Origin: Candidatus Heimdallarchaeota archaeon
GTDB taxonomy: Archaea > Asgardarchaeota > Heimdallarchaeia > Heimdallarchaeales > Kariarchaeaceae
DNA: 32,000 nucleotides
Reading direction: 5' to 3'
Assembly: GCA_030149205.1 (NCBI GenBank)
Contig: JASBSB010000008.1
Span: 1-32,000, forward strand
Position 1 is the first letter of the stretch; every line of letters starts with the position of its first letter. The position numbers and the translations under genes were made by a program. This document shows, one piece after another, positions 1 through 7,844 of the stretch. The notes under the pieces are model-generated. The model did not search any database and was not told the DNA's origin. It saw only the letters and a program-made list of their open reading frames with translations.

Positions 1-2
1 CT

Positions 3-146
3 GAAGCAGCGAGCACCGCTCCTGCGGGATCACAAGCCTCAGAACAAGCGGAAGAGCCTGCTGTGCTCTGTGGTCTGGTACAACCACAGAATCCGAGCTC
101 AGGTGGTGATTCCAATGTAAACGAATTTTGGGACAAGCTTATTTAG
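3..146 (+). CDS. 3' end of a gene entering from the left edge; low-complexity Ala/Ser/Glu/Pro tail (EAASTAPAGSQASEQAEEPA...NEFWDKLI*)
   Basis: Frame 3 is open from the window edge to TAG at 144-146. The first ~120 bp are GC-richer, as expected for Ala/Pro-rich coding sequence. Not in the ORF track because no start is in the window. Confidence 0.55.
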   Translation, partial: EAASTAPAGSQASEQAEEPAVLCGLVQPQNPSSGGDSNVNEFWDKLI

Positions 147-147
147 T

Positions 148-493
148 ATGAAAAATTTATATTCATTCCAAAAAAACTGAGATATAGATATCTCTTCCCA
201 TTATAGAATTTTTTCTTTTTGGTTTAACTGGGAGGTTTGCACTTTGCTTGTTCCCTGTTCTCCCTCCATTCCTAACATATTTGACCGAAGTTAGCACTAA
301 CCCAATAAAAGGATTTCTTACAGCTAAATTAACAATTTTAGGTGTTCTTACTGTTTTCATCAGTTGAAGTCTACTTTGAAATTTTGTTATAAAAGAGTTA
401 AATCCGTTTCTTGCCTCTAATTATTTAAGATTTAGGTTCTACGAAGGGATACTGTTGATCTTATTTAGGATACTCATAACATTTTCAAATAAT
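148..493 (+). pseudogene. Decayed partial copy of the ccdA promoter and 5' coding region (paralog of 1291-1638)
   Basis: Manual alignment to 1291-1638 gives about 43 mismatches plus a 2-nt deletion over 348 nt (~87% identity). The ATG matching 1327 is now ATA, and two Leu TTA codons are now TGA (365-367, 377-379). Confidence 0.9.
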
Positions 494-553
494 TCAATAT
501 TGGGATAAACATTGAATTTATTTCAACAATATGCTTGAATTAATGGTTAATAA

Positions 554-1234
554 TTAACTAACTCTTTTAATTAAAACATATACTACCATTAATGCAATTG
601 CTGCTCCGAATGCAAGAAACAGTGGGTTTGATATTAAATTGTCAAATAATGTATTTGATGGTGAGTTTGGAGCAGGGTTAGTACTTGTCGTTCCCGCACC
701 TGCTGTAGTAGGAAGGGTCACAAGTGCATTTAATGCATCTTCCATCTGAGATTGTGAAACAATGGTGTAGTTAAAAGTTTTAACAACATTCAAACTACTA
801 TCTAATACCCACACATACCCATTTGTTGTCTTATAGGTGTTGGATAACTTGTTAATATCGAGTCCAAAGTCCCATTGAAAACCACCCTTTTGTTTCATGT
901 TGCTTACAGCTGCCAAATCATCCCCTGAATTTCCATAACTGATGGATAAGAAATTGACATAATCAGAATATTTAGGGTACAATGCTTTCATATTTTTCTG
1001 ATTTGCCTCACAAATTGTACACCAAGAAGCTGCCCAATCTAAAATTATAGGTTTTCCTGAATATGCATCAAGTTTAAGTTTGGTTGAATTGATCAGCTGA
1101 AACTGAAAATCAGCTTTCAAGGCATCTGATCCAATTGTTGTATTCCTTGGTTCATTAGTTTTTGCAATACCAGGGACAACAAGAAGGAATACTAAAATTA
1201 CAAATAAGTATGATGTCTTTTGTATAAGTTTCAT
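554..1234 (-). CDS. Membrane-anchored extracytoplasmic thioredoxin-like protein (TlpA/ResA family)
   Basis: WAASWCTIC CxxC motif in a thioredoxin fold, N-terminal signal-like helix, Thr/Pro/Ser/Asn-rich linker and C-terminal TM helix followed by KR. Likely start is ATG 1234 (ORF track extends to 1285). Divergent from ccdA. Confidence 0.8.
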   Translation of the reverse strand: MKLIQKTSYLFVILVFLLVVPGIAKTNEPRNTTIGSDALKADFQFQLINSTKLKLDAYSGKPIILDWAASWCTICEANQKNMKALYPKYSDYVNFLSISYGNSGDDLAAVSNMKQKGGFQWDFGLDINKLSNTYKTTNGYVWVLDSSLNVVKTFNYTIVSQSQMEDALNALVTLPTTAGAGTTSTNPAPNSPSNTLFDNLISNPLFLAFGAAIALMVVYVLIKRVS

Positions 1235-1290
1235 CTTTTTCAAATCGTAATTTACTTTAACACTTAAGAACTTTGTTTCTCTCATTTATT

Positions 1291-1306
1291 AAGAAATATT
1301 TATATT
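1291..1306 (+). promoter_or_regulatory. Putative BRE + TATA box (AAGAAA-TA-TTTATATT) for ccdA
   Basis: TTTATATT at 1299-1306, preceded by purines, about 25 nt upstream of ATG 1327. Retained in the decayed copy (aatttatattc near 155-165). Confidence 0.45.
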
Positions 1307-1326
1307 CATTCCAAGATAATTGGGAT

Positions 1327-2028
1327 ATGGTTAGTTCTCTTCCCCTTATAGAATTTTTTCTTTTGGGTCTAACAGGGAGTTTTGCACCTTGCTTATTTCC
1401 TGTTCTCCCTGCATTTCTAGCATATTTGACTGAATCTAGCACTAACCCAATGAAAGGATTTCTTTCAGCTATATTAACAATTTTAGGTGTATTTACTGTT
1501 TTTATCAGTTTAAGTCTACTTTTAAATTTTTTTACAAAAGATTTAAATCCCTTTCTTGCCTCTAATTATTTAAGATTTAGGTTCTACGAGGGGGTACTGC
1601 TGATTCTATTCGGAATACTCATAGCATTTTCAAATAATTTGAAGATTGGATTTTTTGATACCCTGGCTAGTAAATCAAATAACTTCCTACAAAAAATAGA
1701 GAATCCATGGTTACTCTCATTTTTGATTGGATTCTTCTTTGCCTTTTTAGCTGCACCCTGTGCTTTTATTGTATTTGGTACGTTTTTTGTTCAGGTAACT
1801 TTTTTAGGATCATTTAGTGACGTTATTTTTGCAAATATATTGTTTGCTCTAGGAGTTGGTGTACCCTTTCTACTACTTGGATTTATTGCACCACTCTTTA
1901 AAGAGTCCATTAAAGTTGATTCAAAGAAACTTTCAATCTATGTTCCAATCGTCACTGGGTTAATAATTCTTGGAACCGGTGTGTTTTTGATTTACGATGC
2001 ACTACAATATGGTTATTCGGTCTTTTGA
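1327..2028 (+). CDS. ccdA: Cytochrome c biogenesis / thiol-disulfide transporter CcdA (DsbD TM domain)
   Basis: Multi-TM hydrophobic protein with GSFAPCLFPVLP and AAPCA, the two conserved Cys motifs. Start placed at ATG 1327 (ORF track 1273). Confidence 0.85.
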   Translation: MVSSLPLIEFFLLGLTGSFAPCLFPVLPAFLAYLTESSTNPMKGFLSAILTILGVFTVFISLSLLLNFFTKDLNPFLASNYLRFRFYEGVLLILFGILIAFSNNLKIGFFDTLASKSNNFLQKIENPWLLSFLIGFFFAFLAAPCAFIVFGTFFVQVTFLGSFSDVIFANILFALGVGVPFLLLGFIAPLFKESIKVDSKKLSIYVPIVTGLIILGTGVFLIYDALQYGYSVF

Positions 2029-2120
2029 TAGTTCAAGAATTCTAGAAGGCTTTACTTCTTAAATGAAATTAAAATTATCTGTTATTCAACTAGTAAACAC
2101 TTTTAATTCTTGGCCACTCC

Positions 2121-2924
2121 ATGAAGATTGTGGAAATTTCTGAAAATCTTGAAAAAATTTTATTTTACGCAAAACAGGTCATGATAGTTTCAGGGGCGGG
2201 TTTAAGTGTTGCTTCAGGTATTCCCACTTTCAGGGGAAAAGGAGGCATCTGGGAAGAAGACTCAGAGAATTATGTAAATACAAAATTTGCAACATTTCAA
2301 TTCTTTAGAAACCATCCTGAAGCGGTAATAAATTGGTATCGAAATAGATTAGAGAAAATGTATGACACTATACCGAGTGAAGGTCATAATTCTTGTGCTG
2401 ATCTAGAAAAAACACTTATTTCTTATTCCAAAAAGACTTTACACGTTACTCAAAACATCGATGGGTTGTTATCCAAAGCAGGGGTTAAGCAACTTGCAGA
2501 AATACATGGCAACATTAACTTTGTAAGATGTGCAAATTTATTGGGAAAACATCGAGGTAAAATAGTACCATTCAAGATGAATTATGTTAATATATCCAAT
2601 GAAGATATGTTTTGTGAGGAATGTTCGAGTCCATTGAGACCTAACGTGTTATGGTTTGATGAATATTATGACATTGAATATTACAATATTGATCTTGTAG
2701 ATAATTTCACAAGGGGGCTCGATCTTATAATTTTTGTGGGGACATCAATTAGCACGAGTTATCCTTACCAACTTCTTGAATATTCTCTTATACATAATAT
2801 CTCGATATTAGAATTTAACGATGTTGGAATGATTGAGGCTCCTCAATTATTTGCATTTAAGGGTGATGTAAATAAAACATTACCAGATTTTGTTAATGTT
2901 TGGTCTCGAATCCTGAAGAAATAG
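2121..2924 (+). CDS. cobB: NAD-dependent protein deacylase, Sir2/CobB family
   Basis: GAGLSVASGIPTFRG, TQNIDGL, EIHGN, LRPNVLWFDE and VGTS motifs. Confidence 0.92.
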   Translation: MKIVEISENLEKILFYAKQVMIVSGAGLSVASGIPTFRGKGGIWEEDSENYVNTKFATFQFFRNHPEAVINWYRNRLEKMYDTIPSEGHNSCADLEKTLISYSKKTLHVTQNIDGLLSKAGVKQLAEIHGNINFVRCANLLGKHRGKIVPFKMNYVNISNEDMFCEECSSPLRPNVLWFDEYYDIEYYNIDLVDNFTRGLDLIIFVGTSISTSYPYQLLEYSLIHNISILEFNDVGMIEAPQLFAFKGDVNKTLPDFVNVWSRILKK

Positions 2925-2998
2925 GTAAATTCTTAATAATTGTTCCCTACGGTCTTGTTCTTTCTTAATGACTCTTGTTTGAGATTTTTATGGCTTAT

Positions 2999-3724
2999 TT
3001 AACTCCATTGCTCCCTCTTAATATGATCTCTTGGAATCCCAAGATTTGTAAGATCATCAATCATTGATGATATAAATCCCGGAGCACCACATAGATAGAA
3101 ATATCCATCTTCAAACCCCTTTATTTCTTCAGCTAAATATTCTTGATTGATTCTCCCAATTCTTGCATAGTCCAACCCATGTGTATCTCTGGTTATTGAT
3201 AACTCATATTTTCCACCAGGTATCTGCTTTATTAATTCTCTAAGCTCCTGTTCATAAATAACATCATCTCCATATCTGGAGGAATACAATACCTCAAACT
3301 TTACATTTAATTTTTTGTCTATGACATACTGCATAAATGCCCTAAATGGGGTTATACCACTTCCTGCTGCAATTCCAAAAAACTTATCTGAAACTGTCTC
3401 ATCCCAGATAAAATTACCATGTGGTCCCTTGATCTGAAGTGTAGAACCAACAGGTATTTCATTCAGATACTTGCTCATTGTTGGAGTCTCAGTCTGCTTA
3501 ATTGTGATCTCAAGATAATCTTTTTTTGTTGGTGATGAGGCGATAGAATAGGCTCGACTGACCACAGTTCCTTCAATTTCTGCTGATACCATAATGAATT
3601 GAACTGTTTTCCAGTCGAAGGGTTCAGAGGGAACCAATCTCAAGGTTCGTGTATCTCTGGTTTCTCGCTTATCTGACACAATGGTGGCAGTTTGGTATCC
3701 TGGTTTTCTTCTAGGAGTTGACAT
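2999..3724 (-). CDS. Ferredoxin-NADP reductase-like FAD/NAD(P)-binding oxidoreductase
   Basis: RAYSIASSP (RxYS FAD motif), GPHGNF, AAGSGITPF, YLCGAP and terminal E-x-W. The ATG overlaps the upstream stop (TGATG). Confidence 0.9.
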   Translation of the reverse strand: MSTPRRKPGYQTATIVSDKRETRDTRTLRLVPSEPFDWKTVQFIMVSAEIEGTVVSRAYSIASSPTKKDYLEITIKQTETPTMSKYLNEIPVGSTLQIKGPHGNFIWDETVSDKFFGIAAGSGITPFRAFMQYVIDKKLNVKFEVLYSSRYGDDVIYEQELRELIKQIPGGKYELSITRDTHGLDYARIGRINQEYLAEEIKGFEDGYFYLCGAPGFISSMIDDLTNLGIPRDHIKREQWS

Positions 3725-4056
3725 CAGAATATTTCCCCCTTTTCAATGAAGCTTTCCAATTTATTTAAAAGTTTTTCCTCATCTGGGGTAACAACACCAT
3801 CTTCCTTAGCTTTGTTCATAGCATTATACAACAGGTCTCTTAAAAAGTCTAATACAATCTCTTTGTACTCTTCATCATCTAGATCCGTTTGTAGAATCTC
3901 CAAATGTTGGCTTTCAAGAGTCGTAATACCTCTTAAAACAAGATCAAGAATCGCCTGCTCATCCTCTGTAATCTGGTTATCCTCTAATGCAATAGACTCT
4001 AAACTTTCGCTAAGCTGGTTTAGCTCCTTTTTGATATCTTCAATAGACTTATGCAT
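3724..4056 (-). CDS. Small acidic helical protein with TerB-like (E)D[GN]xITxxE repeats (paralog 1)
   Basis: ALEDNQITEDE and AKEDGVVTPDE, 60 residues apart. Clear similarity to 6055..6390 and 21754..22110. Confidence 0.75.
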   Translation of the reverse strand: MHKSIEDIKKELNQLSESLESIALEDNQITEDEQAILDLVLRGITTLESQHLEILQTDLDDEEYKEIVLDFLRDLLYNAMNKAKEDGVVTPDEEKLLNKLESFIEKGEIF

Positions 4057-4175
4057 GAGGAACAGATTCCTCCATAGTTTATATTAATTTTTACATCAGT
4101 AATTTGATTCAAAATTAAATAGAAAAAATATTTGGCAATCTGAGATTTAATAACCTCGAGGCACTAACTAAATCT

Positions 4176-4898
4176 GTGAAACCTTACCTTGCACATGCCC
4201 TAAAAGTATGTGAAAATTCAGGATTCTCAATACCAAGTCGTGTGATTCAAATTATGGAAGAGATTGACCGAGATAATTTCGTCCCAGAATCTGAAAAAAC
4301 TAGTGCTCAGAAGGATATTCCTCTTCAGATTCCAGAGGGACAAACTATATCCGCACCTCATATGGTAATGATGATGCTTGCAAAGGAAGCTGGTGATATT
4401 CAGCCTTCCGATACAGTATTAGAAATAGGAACTGGATCAGGCTACAATGCGGTTATCATTAGTGGTCTTTTGGAATCTGGAAAGATTGTGACAATTGAAA
4501 GACATCAGCAGTTAGTTGATTTTGCAAAAATGAACATTCAGAAAATAAGCCTAAAACATCCCTATGTTAATAAAATTCAAATCTTAAGGGGCGATGGAAC
4601 CAATGATATTCCAAATTTAAAATTCAACAAAATTCTTGTAACTGCGTGTGGTCCAAGGATACCAAAAGTATTTATTGATAGACTTTCTATTAATGGAAAG
4701 CTAATAATTCCGGTGGGTTCAAAATATGGAAATCAACAACTACTACGAGTAATCAAACTCCCAGAGGATGAAAGAGATCATAGTTCTCATTCAATGAAAG
4801 AAACCTACCTGGATAAATCATTAAATTTTGAAACTTTGAAGATAGATGTATTAACTCATGTTAGATTTGTACCATTAGTTGGAAAAGAGGGGTTCTAG
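4176..4898 (+). CDS. pcm: Protein-L-isoaspartate O-methyltransferase
   Basis: QTISAPHMV, VLEIGTGSGYNA, IVTIERH, GDGT, ILVTACG and VRFVPLVG motifs. GTG start. Confidence 0.93.
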   Translation: MKPYLAHALKVCENSGFSIPSRVIQIMEEIDRDNFVPESEKTSAQKDIPLQIPEGQTISAPHMVMMMLAKEAGDIQPSDTVLEIGTGSGYNAVIISGLLESGKIVTIERHQQLVDFAKMNIQKISLKHPYVNKIQILRGDGTNDIPNLKFNKILVTACGPRIPKVFIDRLSINGKLIIPVGSKYGNQQLLRVIKLPEDERDHSSHSMKETYLDKSLNFETLKIDVLTHVRFVPLVGKEGF

Positions 4899-4913
4899 AA
4901 CTGATTTAAGAGA

Positions 4914-6002
4914 TTAAGATACAAAATTACTCATAAATTCGTAATACTCTGGGTTCTTTAATTCTGGTTTAAATGAAGAAGGGAGCAATAAAGACCTAAC
5001 AAACCATAATTTCTTGAAAATTCGATATTTCGAAGTTTCATCTAGATAATCAACTCCCGTTGAACCTCCAGTTCCTGTTCTTCTTCCTAAAATCCTTTCT
5101 ACCATCCTTGCATGTCTTGTCCTCCAGAGGACAAAGTGTTGCTCCAGTTCTACGAGCTTGTCAATTAGTGTTCGAGGCCAAGTTAAGAGAGGGAGTTCTC
5201 TGTAGGTTTCAATGAAGAGGATTGCAGTCTTAATTCTCTTCTGATTTGGGTTAGAGTCCATCAAAAAAGATTTGATAGCATCAAATTCTTTTTGATTTTG
5301 GGTGAGTACTCTGTTATCCACATCTGAGTTTTTTTGGTATAAATTACTCCTGCTCTGTTTCTGATACTCATCATAATTCTTAAGATAATCATTTATGAAC
5401 TCGTCAACAACTTTTCCATCGGAGCTTTGATCTGGAGTTGAGGTTTGAATAGGTGTTCTGAATAACCATTGCTCTAACCCATCTAATATTGAAGGCTCAG
5501 TAAAACTCTCAGAGATTGTTCCCCAAATATTTGGTGCTGTTTCACTTGTTGACACTTCAAAAAAATCGATCGGTGTCATATTTCCAATCTTAAGGTACTC
5601 TTCCTTTTTAATTCCCATAATCCCCTCCATAATTCTCATTTGGTAGGATTGAAAGCCACTTGCTGTTCCAAGCTTGGATCTAAATTCCATGAAATCTCGA
5701 GGTGTCATAGTTTCCATAAGTTCAAATTGTTGCTCTGCTAATCTTAAAATCACAATAATTCTATTGAGAGAGTGAACAATAAGAGGCATAGACTCTTCAT
5801 GGATTTTATCTTGGGAAAGTTTCACACGAACAAACTTTAGTTCTCGAATTGCAAGCTTAAACCAAAGTTCATAGACCTGATGAATTATAATGAAATTTAA
5901 TTCATCTCTTGAGACGGAGTCTTCGTTCAATTCATTTCCGTTTTGTAATCTTAACAATTCCTCTAATCTGAGATAAGACCAATATGTTGGAGGATGAGTC
6001 AC
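4914..6002 (-). CDS. kynA: Tryptophan 2,3-dioxygenase (long form)
   Basis: YWSYLRLEELLRLQ, FIIIHQVYELWFK, ASGFQSYQMR, WRTRHARMVERILG and GTGGSTGVDYL are diagnostic TDO motifs. GTG start. Confidence 0.95.
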   Translation of the reverse strand: MTHPPTYWSYLRLEELLRLQNGNELNEDSVSRDELNFIIIHQVYELWFKLAIRELKFVRVKLSQDKIHEESMPLIVHSLNRIIVILRLAEQQFELMETMTPRDFMEFRSKLGTASGFQSYQMRIMEGIMGIKKEEYLKIGNMTPIDFFEVSTSETAPNIWGTISESFTEPSILDGLEQWLFRTPIQTSTPDQSSDGKVVDEFINDYLKNYDEYQKQSRSNLYQKNSDVDNRVLTQNQKEFDAIKSFLMDSNPNQKRIKTAILFIETYRELPLLTWPRTLIDKLVELEQHFVLWRTRHARMVERILGRRTGTGGSTGVDYLDETSKYRIFKKLWFVRSLLLPSSFKPELKNPEYYEFMSNFVS

Positions 6003-6054
6003 AGCTACTCAATATGTACTTATTACTTATATTTTGTTAGAACACAAGAGAAAA

Positions 6055-6390
6055 TTATAAAATTCTAGATAATCCATTTTCTCTCAGAAACGATTCTATT
6101 TGTTTGAGTAGTCTGTTCTCATCCTTTGAAATTACTCCATCCTGTCGAGCCTTTTGAATTATGTTTCTAAAACTTGTTTCAAATAGTTCTTGAATTTTCT
6201 CCTTAAATTCATTAGACTGTAAGTCTAACAAAGTTTTTATTGTAGATTCTAACTCCCAGAGTGTCATCCTGACCTGTTCAATGATTACTGCTTCCTCATC
6301 AGTCACAAGGTTATCCTCCATTGCTAAAGATACCATTGTATCCAACAATCTCGAAGTTTTCAAATTAATTTCTTCAGGAGTCCAGTTCAT
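6055..6390 (-). CDS. Small acidic helical protein with TerB-like repeats (paralog 2)
   Basis: AMEDNLVTDEE and ARQDGVISKDE. Aligns end to end with 3724..4056 (LES, DL..E[YF]KE, LL..[LI]ESF). Confidence 0.75.
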   Translation of the reverse strand: MNWTPEEINLKTSRLLDTMVSLAMEDNLVTDEEAVIIEQVRMTLWELESTIKTLLDLQSNEFKEKIQELFETSFRNIIQKARQDGVISKDENRLLKQIESFLRENGLSRIL

Positions 6391-6678
6391 ACATAGACCT
6401 ATTACTCTGGGCTTTCAAAAAGTTTTTTTGAGACAATGTAATTTTTGCGATATTATATTTAATTTTCTGTTTAATAGATATATTAACAAGGTTTTTGATT
6501 TTGTGTGTCAAATTGATTACCTATAGATTAATTATATTTACCTGCTCCATTTTGAGCCAAGAATGATGGTTTATCTACTAAAAAGATCAAACATCCTCTT
6601 TCTATTTTGATCTGAAAAGGTCACGGAATCTTTATTTTTAGTAAGTAAATTCATAAAGAGTCAAAAGTAAACTGAACT

Positions 6679-7809
6679 ATGCCTAAGAAAAATTTTAAGA
6701 TTACAGTACTACCTGGTGATGGTATCGGAAAAGAGGTGATGAGAGAGGGAATAAAGGTTCTTCAAAAAGTTGAAGGTTTAACCAATTATAACTTTGAATT
6801 AACAGAGTATGATTGTGGAGGTGAGTACTTTCTTAAGACTGGGAAGGAATGGGAAGAAGATGCATATACCAATTGTCAATCTGCAGATTCTATATTACTG
6901 GGGGCAGTTGGATGGCCAGGAGCAATTCTACCAAATAGAAATATTGCCGGAGCTGGGGTGATTTTTGGATTACGGTTTGGTTTAGATCTATATGCTAATG
7001 TAAGACCAACAAAATTGTTTGAAGGTATTCACCATAAGGTTCACAACAAATCTAAACAAGTATGGGAACCTGGATTAGTCGATTTAATCACTGTGAGAGA
7101 GAACACTGAGGGACTTTACACTCCCACAAGAGGAAAACTTTCAAGAGGAGGTGTAGATGAAGTTGCAATTGATACAAGAGTTATCACCAATAAAGGAGCG
7201 CGAAGGGTGATAAAATATGCGTTCGAACTGTCTAAAAGAAGGCAAAAAGGGTCTCCGGGAGATGGAAAGAAGAGAGTTACCTGTGTAGATAAGAGTAATG
7301 TTTTGGACGGTTGTAGATTATTTAGGTCAATATACGATGAAGTAGCGGTTGAATTTCCAGAAATAGAAAAGGACTATGCTTATATCGATGCCTATACTCA
7401 GTGGTTAGTCAGAAATCCAGAGTGGTTTGATGTTGTTGTTACAACTAATATGTTAGGAGACATTGCTTCAGACCTTAGTTCGGTACTCGCTGGATCATTA
7501 GGCATGGCTCCTTCAGGAAATATTGGGGACAGGCATGCTTTTTTTGAGCCTGTACATGGATCAGCACCCAAGCACGCAGGAAAAAACAAAGTTAATCCAA
7601 TGGCCATGATATTTTCAGTTAGTATGATGCTGGATCACCTCAGTAATAAATTTGATGAACCAGATTTACTGGTCGCAAGTAAAAAAGTCGATAAAGCCAT
7701 TGAAACTGTGATCAAAGATCATAAAATTTTGACCTATGATTTGGGAGGAACATCCTCAACTGAACAAGTAGGTACTGAAATTTCGAGCATTCTAGGAAAG
7801 ATATTTTAA
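6679..7809 (+). CDS. Isocitrate/isopropylmalate dehydrogenase family enzyme (LeuB/tartrate-type)
   Basis: LPGDGIGKEV, LYANVRP, RENTEGLY, VDKSNVL, NMLGDIASD and FEPVHGSAPK. Substrate cannot be assigned from motifs, and no other leu genes are in the window. Confidence 0.9.
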   Translation: MPKKNFKITVLPGDGIGKEVMREGIKVLQKVEGLTNYNFELTEYDCGGEYFLKTGKEWEEDAYTNCQSADSILLGAVGWPGAILPNRNIAGAGVIFGLRFGLDLYANVRPTKLFEGIHHKVHNKSKQVWEPGLVDLITVRENTEGLYTPTRGKLSRGGVDEVAIDTRVITNKGARRVIKYAFELSKRRQKGSPGDGKKRVTCVDKSNVLDGCRLFRSIYDEVAVEFPEIEKDYAYIDAYTQWLVRNPEWFDVVVTTNMLGDIASDLSSVLAGSLGMAPSGNIGDRHAFFEPVHGSAPKHAGKNKVNPMAMIFSVSMMLDHLSNKFDEPDLLVASKKVDKAIETVIKDHKILTYDLGGTSSTEQVGTEISSILGKIF

Positions 7810-7844
7810 ACATCTACTCTGATGGGATTTCGTTGTAGGTATGG

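Noticed and set aside
1-120. GC-rich first 120 bp as a possible RNA gene or mobile-element end
   Set aside because: Explained by Ala/Pro/Ser/Glu codons of a protein C-terminus in frame 3. No tRNA/rRNA hallmarks or terminal repeat.
163-360. Minus-strand ORFs 163..360 and 1257..1442 encode similar peptides (GRTGNKQ...PKRKNSI)
   Set aside because: They are antisense shadows of ccdA and its decayed copy. The similarity comes from the DNA duplication, not from a real protein family.
178-379. Three TGA codons in the ccdA copy, suggesting TGA recoding (Sec/Trp/Gly)
   Set aside because: The copy also has a frameshift and has lost its ATG. Two of the TGAs replace Leu, TGA is a normal stop elsewhere in the window, and no SECIS-like element was seen.
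3724-4056. Canonical EF-hand (calmodulin-like) call for the small repeat proteins
   Set aside because: Loop positions 1 and 3 lack Asp/Asn (e.g. KAKEDGVVTPDE), so only a half-motif is present. Reported as TerB-like instead.
3746-4087. Antisense or nested ORFs in the track (3746..4087, 6281..6526, 7398..7607, 8069..8305, 8443..8667, 8782..9033, 9183..9398, 12932..13123, 14604..14834, 16546..16764, 17387..17599, 24960..25145, 26330..26587, 27249..27461, 27651..27896, 30390..30575, 30619..30810, 31266..31484)
   Set aside because: All overlap well-supported genes, have no motifs, and show the composition expected of shadow frames.
554-4898. A protein-repair island (TlpA/CcdA, sirtuin, Pcm)
   Set aside because: The genes are on mixed strands with separate promoters and have unrelated genes between them, so the theme is probably coincidental.
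6584-6613. Inverted repeat AGATCAAA-N14-TTTGATCT upstream of the dehydrogenase, and TCAACATT-N26-AATGTTGA at 16165-16206
   Set aside because: 8 bp AT-rich arms with long spacers are expected by chance at this composition, and neither recurs in the window.
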